DNA of 42,333 nucleotides, from NCBI GenBank assembly GCA_026396115.1, contig JAPLXL010000003.1, positions 1 through 42,333 of the forward strand, written 5' to 3'. The notes beneath the pieces were generated by a model. It was not told the DNA's origin, ran no database searches, and saw only the letters and a list, made by a program, of their open reading frames with translations. A program made the position numbers and the translations under genes. Source of the DNA: Candidatus Nealsonbacteria bacterium (GTDB lineage: Bacteria; Patescibacteriota; Minisyncoccia; Minisyncoccales; RBG-13-42-11). Positions within the stretch are counted from its first letter, which is position 1. Every line of letters begins with the position of its first letter. Shown in pieces: positions 1-7,946 of the stretch.

Positions 1-645
1 GGAGTCAAATTATCCGATCCTTCTTTTTTAAATAAATTAGTGTCATCAGGAGTTGACGAATTAAGAATTCCCATTTATGGCTCTAACGCAAAAGTTCATG
101 ATTCTGTCACTCGAACACCGGGCAGTTTTAACAAAGTGGTAACCGGAATTAAAAATCTGCTAAAAAAAACTTCTAAAATAGAAATCCAGATAAGTTGCTT
201 AATCATGAAGCAGAACAAAAACGATCTTTTGAATATAGTTGATTTTGTAAACAAATTAGGAATAAAAGACTTTTACTTTTCAATTCCCTGTATACAAGAA
301 GATGATATTTCTTTTTATATTCCCCTCAAGGATCTGGGTCCTTATTTAAAAAAACTCTATAATTACGCTCTAAAAATTAACGATGAAATTAAATTTATGG
401 AAATACCTTTTTGTGTTTTTGGTGAACTTAACACAAAAAATATTATTAGTAAATGTTCACCTCCCAATTTAGGTGAATACAACCAACCGCCGGAACAAGT
501 TAGAACATCAATACCGGACCTTCCTTCGTATAGATTGAAGAAAAAGCTTAAAATTTGTAGTAATTGTAAAGCTTATAACGATTGTGATGGATTTTTTGTC
601 AATGATATCGATAAATTTGGGCCTGGAAAAATTAAGAAAATTTAA
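1..645 (+). CDS. Radical SAM protein, HxsC-like; 5' end truncated by the window edge
   Basis: Frame is open from base 1 (GVKLSDP...). It has HDSVTRTPGSF, an IPFC motif and a C-terminal CxxC-x5-CxG cluster (CSNCKAYNDCDG), like the neighbouring radical SAM ORFs. Confidence 0.8.
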   Translation, partial: GVKLSDPSFLNKLVSSGVDELRIPIYGSNAKVHDSVTRTPGSFNKVVTGIKNLLKKTSKIEIQISCLIMKQNKNDLLNIVDFVNKLGIKDFYFSIPCIQEDDISFYIPLKDLGPYLKKLYNYALKINDEIKFMEIPFCVFGELNTKNIISKCSPPNLGEYNQPPEQVRTSIPDLPSYRLKKKLKICSNCKAYNDCDGFFVNDIDKFGPGKIKKI

Positions 646-692
646 GGGTTTAGTTAAATTCTTATATTAGAAATAAATAATAATTAAGATAA

Positions 693-1568
693 ATGAGTAA
701 TAGCAAGAGAGTTGATATTAAAATAGGCTTTCAGTGTAATAATTCTTGCCGGTTTTGCATACAAGGTGACAAAAGAAACAAGTTTCCGAATAAAACCGCC
801 GAAGAAGTAAAAAATATATTAAAAAAAGAAAAAAATAACTGTGATAGCGTATTATTTACTGGTGGAGAGCCAACCATCCAAAAAAATCTTGTTGACTATG
901 TAAAATATGCAAAAGGAAGACTTTTTGCATATAAAGATTATTGTATAGAGTTAATTAAAGCTGGTGTAGATGTTTTTAATCCTGCAATTCATGGCTCGTG
1001 TTCAGAGATTCATGATTATTTAACCCGTTCACCTGGTAGTTTTAAACAAACATTAAAAGGAATTAAAAATTTGAAAAAATTAAACCAGATTATTGGTACC
1101 CAAACCGTAATAACTAAAATCAATTATCAGGATATTCCCAACATAGCAAAAATGATGATTGATTTAAAACCTAATTTTTTTCAATTTGCCTTTATGCACA
1201 TTAATCCCATTATTCAGGAAAATCCACAACTAATTGAAGAGATTGTACCAAGATATTCGCAAGTGGAATCTTATGTGAAAGAAGGACTACAAATTGGGGT
1301 TAATGCCGGTGTTGAGACAAGAACAGAGGCCATTACTTATTGTTTTATGAAAGGATATGAAAGCCATATAACGGGAAATAAAACTCCTACTACCACCGTT
1401 TATGATGCAAATAAAATAATTGAAAACTTTAACGAAGTAAGAAAAACTCAAGGAAAGTCTAAAGGTCCTAACTGTCAAAGATGCAAGTATGATGAGATTT
1501 GCGAGGGTCCGTGGAGAGATTATCCAGAAATTTTTGGATGGGAAGAATTTAAGCCGATAAAATATTAA
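693..1568 (+). CDS. Radical SAM protein, HxsC-like, with an apparent in-frame internal deletion
   Basis: CNNSCRFC (CxxxCxxC), FTGGEPT, HDYLTRSPGSF and C-terminal CQRCKYDEICEG. The usual xxTNG strand is missing at YAK|GRLF (about 914/915). Confidence 0.85.
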   Translation: MSNSKRVDIKIGFQCNNSCRFCIQGDKRNKFPNKTAEEVKNILKKEKNNCDSVLFTGGEPTIQKNLVDYVKYAKGRLFAYKDYCIELIKAGVDVFNPAIHGSCSEIHDYLTRSPGSFKQTLKGIKNLKKLNQIIGTQTVITKINYQDIPNIAKMMIDLKPNFFQFAFMHINPIIQENPQLIEEIVPRYSQVESYVKEGLQIGVNAGVETRTEAITYCFMKGYESHITGNKTPTTTVYDANKIIENFNEVRKTQGKSKGPNCQRCKYDEICEGPWRDYPEIFGWEEFKPIKY

Positions 1569-1656
1569 TATAACCTAGAATATGCGTGAATTATTGTTTA
1601 TCGTTTGCGTATATGATTAATGAATGAGGTAAAGAAATTATTAAAAAAATTAGTTT

Positions 1657-2781
1657 ATGGACCTAAATTTAATTTATTTTTTATTCTTACTTCCTCTTGC
1701 AATTGTAGGGATATCCTGTTCTTACACCGATATTAAATACGGTAAGATTTTTAATAAATGGATAATTCTAGGCTTTATTTATATTTTTTGCCTTTACATT
1801 TTTATATTTTTTTTTCTGGAAGGTAGGGTTTATATTTTTAAATTAATCCTAAATGGAACAATTGCTTTTTCAACGGGGTATTTGCTGTGGTACTTTAAAT
1901 TATGGTCAGCTGGCGATGCGAAGCTTTTTTCTGTTTACGCCTTTTTGGTTCCATTAGATTTTTATTCAAAAAGCTACGTACTTCATTTTCCTTCTTTTAA
2001 TTTATTAATGAACTTATTTGTTCCCCTTCTTCTTGTGTTAATTATTAGCGCGTTAATAGTAACTTTAAAGGAACTATACAAAGCTAAGGATAGAATAAAA
2101 AAATTAAAACTACCAGAAACTAAAAGAGTTTTTCAGCTTTTATCATATTTGTTTCAACTTTTTTTAAACTATGTTTTTGTTTTTATAATATTACAATCAA
2201 TTATTCTTCCTTTAACAAAACATTTTCCCATAAGTGAAGTTTTTAACAATCCATTTTTTATTTTTGCTTTATTGCTTTTAACAATTGTAAGCTTTAATAA
2301 AAAAAGAAGAGAAAAAAAATGGCTAAACTGGGTTCTTTACGGGGTTATTTTGGCTTATATTTGTTCAATTATTTTTTCAGGAGAATTTTTTGATCGTTTA
2401 ATAAATCTACTGAGAGTTTCTTTAGTTTTTATGGTTTTCGTGGGTTTAACCAGAAATATTTTAAATCTTTATGTTCAAAAAAGGGAAATAGAAAAAGTAA
2501 AAATCAAAAACATTAAGGAGGGTATGATTCTTACCAAAGACGAGTCCTCTATGTTTCTAAACAAGATTAAAGAAGATTTTGGAGCCTTGGACGCTGGGGG
2601 ATTGAGCAAAAACCAGGTAAAATTAATTAAAGAATTCTTTAAAAACAGCGAAGAATTGGAGATAAAAATTTATAAAACACTTCCTTTTGCGCCGTTTCTA
2701 TTTCTATCTGCTATCATTTCAGTTTTTACCCAAAGTTCTTTTCTCGTACTGATTGACAAAGCTTTTCGATATTTCTTATAA
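1657..2781 (+). CDS. A24-family prepilin/preflagellin peptidase (FlaK-like), polytopic membrane protein
   Basis: Catalytic Asp motifs YTDIKYGKIFN and WSAGDAKL, many hydrophobic segments, C-terminal TLPFAPFL, no N-terminal Cys/Zn domain. Confidence 0.8.
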   Translation: MDLNLIYFLFLLPLAIVGISCSYTDIKYGKIFNKWIILGFIYIFCLYIFIFFFLEGRVYIFKLILNGTIAFSTGYLLWYFKLWSAGDAKLFSVYAFLVPLDFYSKSYVLHFPSFNLLMNLFVPLLLVLIISALIVTLKELYKAKDRIKKLKLPETKRVFQLLSYLFQLFLNYVFVFIILQSIILPLTKHFPISEVFNNPFFIFALLLLTIVSFNKKRREKKWLNWVLYGVILAYICSIIFSGEFFDRLINLLRVSLVFMVFVGLTRNILNLYVQKREIEKVKIKNIKEGMILTKDESSMFLNKIKEDFGALDAGGLSKNQVKLIKEFFKNSEELEIKIYKTLPFAPFLFLSAIISVFTQSSFLVLIDKAFRYFL

Positions 2782-2821
2782 TACAAGAAAGGTCGTATTT
2801 CTTATAATACAAGAAAGGTCG
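2770..2821. repeat. Exact 26-bp tandem duplication overlapping the peptidase stop codon
   Basis: TATTTCTTATAATACAAGAAAGGTCG at 2770-2795 and 2796-2821. Confidence 0.95.
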
Positions 2822-2852
2822 AGAAGATTAAAAATTAAAAATAAAGAATTTT

Positions 2853-3314
2853 ATGCAAAATAAATTAATAATTTATTTGGGAATCTTTGGAGCAATTATT
2901 GTGATTTTCATGGCTGGCTTTTATGTAGCTTCTTTCTTCAAAAAACCGTTAGAATTGGGAGAAAAACCAGTAGAGGAAATAGGATATCTTAAATCTTTGG
3001 GAGCTCCATTTGTGCTTCATGGGTTTGTAATAAAGATAGATAGGGAGAAAACTCCGATGGAGATTATAGTTTCCGTGAATTTAGTTGGTAATTTTGAAAA
3101 TCCTCCTAGTCCCTCTATTACGAGGAAATTTTTAATTGATGACCAAACTCTTATATTTACTGGCAAATCAGGACCGGATGAGCCACTAACTCCTGCTAAC
3201 GTAGATGTATTGGAAGAAAAATCTCCAATTATTGTGACAGTGAGTGAAGATATTACAGAAATTTTAAACAGAGAAACTTTTTCTGTTCTGCGAATGAAAG
3301 TTATCAAAGAATAA
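2853..3314 (+). CDS. Hypothetical protein with N-terminal membrane anchor
   Basis: 153-aa ORF with one N-terminal hydrophobic helix followed by a beta-rich soluble domain. Confidence 0.7.
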   Translation: MQNKLIIYLGIFGAIIVIFMAGFYVASFFKKPLELGEKPVEEIGYLKSLGAPFVLHGFVIKIDREKTPMEIIVSVNLVGNFENPPSPSITRKFLIDDQTLIFTGKSGPDEPLTPANVDVLEEKSPIIVTVSEDITEILNRETFSVLRMKVIKE

Positions 3315-3734
3315 ACTATCAAAATAGTAAAAATTAGATGCCTCCTCTTTATATTTAATCTTTGTTTTCCTATTGTGGGGTGAAGGAATGTTGTTATAAG
3401 AGGAGGCAGTAGTTTGTCTGTTGTAGGGAAGAATAAAAACGAATTTAATTTTGTAACAAAGACGATTTTTCAAAACCGGTAATTTTTTGATAAAATTTTA
3501 AGTTAATGATGAGTTAATTAACCATTATCCAAAATGCTTCCCAAAATATCGACATGGCTTATAGTCTAACGATTGAAAAGATTGTAGGGTAGCGTAAAAG
3601 ATGTAAAGGATGTTATGAATTTTGCAAAAACGTGTAAGAATCATATAATAAATTGGTTTTACTGACATTCATCTTAAATGATTATGGTGTTGTTGTTTTT
3701 TAAATCAAACCAATATTAATAATAAATATTAATT

Positions 3735-3944
3735 ATGAAAAAAGATCAGACTAAAAAAGAGTATATCGTAACTTATTGCAGCCAAGAGCATTTCAAGGTT
3801 TTAGGGTGGTAAAGCTTCTAATTTAGAAGAAGCAATGGATCGTGCCCAGAGGGAGTTAAAAAAAGAGGCAAAATTCTATGAAGTAGAAGAAACAATGATT
3901 GGAGAAATTAAAGATGAAAAAAAGTTATTTTCGATATTAATTAG
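3735..3944 (+). pseudogene. Frameshifted paralog of the small protein at 6699-6923
   Basis: MKKDQTKKEYIVTYCSQEHFKVLGW then a stop at 3810-3812, caused by a 2-bp deletion (GGGTGGTAAA vs GGGTGGGTTAAA in the paralog). It resumes KASNLEEAM... in another frame, with a probable second shift in the A-run near 3917-3923. Confidence 0.8.
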
Positions 3945-3975
3945 TTATCAAAAAACTAAGAATAGAACAGAATAA

Positions 3976-5814
3976 ATGGATATAATAAACCAGCAATTTA
4001 TTCATAGTTTAACCTTGAATTTGCATAATAAAATTCCTTTTTTGATTTTGGTAAATTTTATTTTACTTTTAATCCTTATTTTTCTTAATAGAGAAGAATT
4101 AAAATTATTTTTTAAAAAGATAAAAAGAAAAACTTGGATAATTCTCTTTTTAATTTTCTTTTTAGCATTGGCCTTAAGATTATTTTTAATCCCTCATTTT
4201 TTAAGAACCTTTTATGACGAGGCCTGGCATATTGGAGCCGCAGAACGATTAGTTGAAAGTAATTTTTTAGACCAGGGGAATTATGCCAAAGGAGTAGGGT
4301 GGCCTTTTATTTTGGCTATCTTTTTTAAATTATTTGGGGTAAGCAATTGGACTGCTTTATATACTTCATCTGTTTTTGGAGCTTTGACTATATTTAATAT
4401 TTTTCTAATTGGTTTTTCATTTTTCAAGAAAGAAAAAATTGCCTTGTGGTCAGCTTTTTTGTTTTCAATAATACCCCTTCATGTAATTTGGTCTGGTTCT
4501 TCTATCGCGAACATTTCTTCTATTTTTTTTGCAACTTTTGCTCTATTTATTTCATCATTATATTTTAGAAACAAAACGCTACCTCTATTTTGTCTTTCCT
4601 TAATATCGTTAGCTTTTGCAGCCCAGTTTAGGCAGGAGAACTATATCTATTTTTTAATATTTTTTATAGGTCTATTAATTTTTAAGAATTTTTCATTTAG
4701 AAAGATAAAATTTACAAAATTAGATTGTTTTAGGAAAAAAAATTTGATAATTTATATACTCTTATTTTTACTCATCGGCATTTTTGTTCTACCTAGTTTC
4801 ATCCAAGTTCTCGATTTTCAGTTGTTTACTAATTGGGCTCAGCGTGAATCAGGAGGAAAGCTTTTGACTCAAAATTGGTCTGTGCCAAATCTAATCTATA
4901 ATTTTTCAACCTGGGGAAAAGATATTTTTACTAATAAATATCACCCTCTTGTTTTTTCATTCCTTTTTATCTTAGGCATTATTTATCTGTTTAAAAGAGA
5001 ACGTCAAAAACTGCTTTTTTTACTAATTTGGTTCTTTTCTCTTTTCTTCATCTATTTTTGTTCTTGGCCAACATTAGGATGGGAATCTCGGTTTCTTTTA
5101 AGTTTTTACCCTATAACTTCAATATTTGCCGGGGTTGGTATTTATATTATCTGCAAAAAGTTATCTGGAAAATTTAATTCTAATAACCTAACTATATTTT
5201 TTGTTTCCATTCTTCTATTCTTATTTTCCTTTTTTATTGGAAAGGGAATAATCTATAATCTTGCGGAAATAGAAGCTATTTTAGAGACAAAAATTCCGGA
5301 AATGGCCCAGAATGAAATTCCTTCGAACTGTGTTATTGTGACTAATGTGCCGGAAATGATTTCAGCAACCACTGATTTACGAGCCATTCAACTCAGTTCT
5401 TTTTTGAATTCGCAATTTTTAGAAAATCGTTATAATATTATATTTCCTTCTCAGGAAGAACTTAGCCTTGAAATTAAAGAGGATAAAAATGTTTTTCTTT
5501 CCCATCAAGGGTATAAGACTGACTGCGTACTCTTTTTTGAAGATTTTTATTGCGAAAAAGGGTCTCCAGTTTTCCCTGAATTTGTAGAAGATTGCAAAAA
5601 AATTAAAAATAAATATAATGCAGTACCTTATCTAACCTATTCAGAAAAAGAGGTATCTGTAAAATTAATAAGTTCTTATTTAAATTTTTTCCCATTGCTA
5701 GCAAATGTTAGCAACGTAGACAAGAAAAGAATAAATACCATAAAACCAGCTGTTGGAGAAGAGAACATTAAAAGTTATACTTTTTATAAACTTTATCCTA
5801 AGCTATCCCAGTAA
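3976..5814 (+). CDS. GT-C fold membrane glycosyltransferase (ArnT/PMT-like)
   Basis: More than 10 hydrophobic segments, a DE motif (FYDEAWH) after the first helices, a QFRQE motif and a soluble C-terminal domain. Confidence 0.8.
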   Translation: MDIINQQFIHSLTLNLHNKIPFLILVNFILLLILIFLNREELKLFFKKIKRKTWIILFLIFFLALALRLFLIPHFLRTFYDEAWHIGAAERLVESNFLDQGNYAKGVGWPFILAIFFKLFGVSNWTALYTSSVFGALTIFNIFLIGFSFFKKEKIALWSAFLFSIIPLHVIWSGSSIANISSIFFATFALFISSLYFRNKTLPLFCLSLISLAFAAQFRQENYIYFLIFFIGLLIFKNFSFRKIKFTKLDCFRKKNLIIYILLFLLIGIFVLPSFIQVLDFQLFTNWAQRESGGKLLTQNWSVPNLIYNFSTWGKDIFTNKYHPLVFSFLFILGIIYLFKRERQKLLFLLIWFFSLFFIYFCSWPTLGWESRFLLSFYPITSIFAGVGIYIICKKLSGKFNSNNLTIFFVSILLFLFSFFIGKGIIYNLAEIEAILETKIPEMAQNEIPSNCVIVTNVPEMISATTDLRAIQLSSFLNSQFLENRYNIIFPSQEELSLEIKEDKNVFLSHQGYKTDCVLFFEDFYCEKGSPVFPEFVEDCKKIKNKYNAVPYLTYSEKEVSVKLISSYLNFFPLLANVSNVDKKRINTIKPAVGEENIKSYTFYKLYPKLSQ

Positions 5815-6690
5815 TTTGTATTTGGAACAAATGTAATAGTAGATGTATTATGTGTACTAATCAGACTGAATTTCAAGCTAAAGATCCCTATAAGGATTAC
5901 AGTTTTAGCGAACTTAAAAAAAATTAGCAGAATGAGAATTTTCGATAATAAAGGCAATTTAATTGATGATAAAATCATTTTAACGGGCGGAGAACCGACT
6001 ATTCATCCGGATTTTTTTGGAATACTTTCTTTTATTAGAAAAAAATTTCCTGAAGTAATAATAGAATTAGATATCAACGGAAGTAGATTTTGTTATCCTT
6101 CTTTCACTAAAAAAGTTTTGTCATTTGGAAGAGTGAATATTTATATATTTTTACATGGATTTGACCCGAAAACTCACGATACTATTACCAGAACCTTGGG
6201 AAGTTTTTTGCAAACTGTAAAAGGGATAGAAAATATTTTGAAATATAGAAATCTCAGTCTTCACGAATTAGAGTTAAGGATTATTATCACTAGACTTACT
6301 TATCAATATATTGAAAAAATATTAAAATTTATAAAAGAAGATTTCCCTCAAGCAGACAGAATAGTGGTTATTTTTATGGAAATGGAAGAACAAGCAGGAG
6401 ATAATTTTAAAATTGTCGGTCTTACCTACAGTCAGTTTCAAAAATTTATATCAAAAATAGCCAAATGGATTCAGAAATTTAAAGAATTCCGTTTCTATCA
6501 TTTTCCTTTATGTACGCTTGATTCTAAATATTGGAAATACATACATAGAACCTTGCCAGACAATGAAGTTTCCTTTTTAAAATCTCGTGATAATTGTCTT
6601 TATAAAGAATATTGTCTTGGTATTCATTTTAGATACTTGGAGAATTTTGGAAGAAATGAGTTCAAACCAATTAAAAATAAAATGAATTAA
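5802..6690 (+). pseudogene. Frameshifted HxsC-like radical SAM gene
   Basis: The CxxxCxxC motif (IWNKCNSRCIMCTN, from 5820) is in a different frame from the 5932-6690 ORF (TGGEPT..., HFPLC). The shift is at the A8 run, 5916-5923. No start codon is visible, and a C-terminal Cys appears replaced (SRDNC). Confidence 0.8.
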
Positions 6691-6698
6691 AAATTAAA

Positions 6699-6923
6699 AT
6701 GGCAAAAAAATTTACTCTTAAAACAGATGAAAAAGATTATATTGTGATCTATGAAAGCCAAGAGCATTTCGAGGTTTTAGGGTGGGTTAAAGCTTCTAAT
6801 TTAGAAGAAGCTATTAAAAATGCGGAAGAAACATTAATAAATGAAATAAAGAAATATAGTGTAAAAAACGCTGAAATAGCTGAATGGAAAGATGGCAGAG
6901 AAATTTCTTTTAATATAGAGTAA
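6699..6923 (+). CDS. Small acidic hypothetical protein (74 aa)
   Basis: Intact ORF 8 bp after the radical SAM gene. The paralog at 3735 supports coding status. Confidence 0.8.
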   Translation: MAKKFTLKTDEKDYIVIYESQEHFEVLGWVKASNLEEAIKNAEETLINEIKKYSVKNAEIAEWKDGREISFNIE

Positions 6924-6951
6924 TTAGTTTTTATAAATGATATTCATTTGG

Positions 6952-6986
6952 GACATCTGGAGCGATTTCAAAAACGTCCAGATGTC
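6952..6986. terminator. Inverted repeat, possible terminator of the radical SAM operon
   Basis: GACATCTGGA...TCCAGATGTC 10-bp stem, with no clear U-tract. Confidence 0.4.
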
Positions 6987-7289
6987 AAACGCTTACAATC
7001 AAGGCAAAATGGATACAATAAATATTTTGATTACTGAAGCTGAAAAATGCGAACCGGTTCCTATTTTAGCAAGATATTCAAACAGGTAGAATTAGAGGAA
7101 TTATTGTTGCTGACCATGTAGATGCGTCATTAGCGAAACCATTGAGTGCAAAAGGTGTACTTTAGATGTTTCTTTCCGGTATGAAAATGGGTAGTTGCAG
7201 ATTTTAGATGAATAACTAATAACATTTTTACTTACTTTCAAGAAGAGACAACAAATTTTGCCCTCTCTTTTTGTAAGTTTAACAAGAGC

Positions 7290-7318
7290 TTGACAAGATA
7301 AATTAAAAAATGTATAAT
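7290..7318 (+). promoter_or_regulatory. Consensus sigma70 promoter
   Basis: TTGACA-17 bp-TATAAT. An AAGGAGGA Shine-Dalgarno at 7359-7366 precedes the GTG at 7373. Confidence 0.8.
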
Positions 7319-7372
7319 TAGGACAGATTTAATTTAACAATTGAATGTATATTTAATAAAGGAGGATGAGTT

Positions 7373-7708
7373 GTGATGAAAAGGATGACAATTATCTCAT
7401 TGATTTGTGTGTGTCTATTAGTAGTGGTGCTTGTCGGCTATAGCCGTATTTATTTAGTAGATATAAATAATCTATATAATCTTAAATATGGGGCTAGGAT
7501 TGTACTCGTTATTAAAGAATTATGCCTTATAAAAGGAAAAGATTATTTATTATGTGGTACAGAATTAATAGATACAAATAAAAATTTAATATTAATATAT
7601 GTACCACCATTAAGGGCACCATTAAGGGCAACGGCTTTAGGGAGTGAGGTTAACTATACAGATGTTTTTGTCCTGACAGGGTATATTACTATCCAAGGGG
7701 ATCCTTAA
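7373..7708 (+). CDS. Hypothetical exported/membrane-anchored protein
   Basis: Signal-peptide-like N-terminus, with a promoter, a strong SD and downstream hairpins. Confidence 0.6.
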   Translation: MMKRMTIISLICVCLLVVVLVGYSRIYLVDINNLYNLKYGARIVLVIKELCLIKGKDYLLCGTELIDTNKNLILIYVPPLRAPLRATALGSEVNYTDVFVLTGYITIQGDP

Positions 7709-7764
7709 TTGATCTCAGGAGGAGATAAATATTTTTATCTCCTCCCGTCATTTAGTTAGCAGAC

Positions 7765-7789
7765 GCTCTTTACAAGAAGAGCTTTTTTT
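7765..7789 (+). terminator. Rho-independent terminator
   Basis: GCTCTTT-ACAA-GAAGAGC followed by T7. A second hairpin GGAGGAGATAAA...TTTATCTCCTCC lies at 7718-7745. Confidence 0.6.
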
Positions 7790-7894
7790 ATTAAAATGGG
7801 CCTAGAAATTAATCACTGAAATTTGGTGAATAATTTTGATACCCAAAGTATCAAATCTATGTTCAATTACCCGAATTATAATGAAATTATAATA

Positions 7895-7925
7895 AAGGGT
7901 GAAGAAGAGATTTATCTCTTCGACT
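7895..7925 (-). repeat. Family I two-hairpin element, partial, upstream of rny
   Basis: AAGGGTGAAGAAGAGATTTATCTCTTCGACT. Confidence 0.85.
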
Positions 7926-7946
7926 ACCAAAATTTTAGTTTAAACT

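Noticed and set aside
3320-3730. Possible gene or ncRNA in the 400-bp gap
   Set aside because: I found only short broken frames and no recognisable motif or stable structure. It may be a decayed gene, but I cannot support a call.
5913-5932. Programmed -1 frameshift at the A8 run
   Set aside because: Rejoining needs +1 (or -2), and the gene has other lesions, including no start codon.
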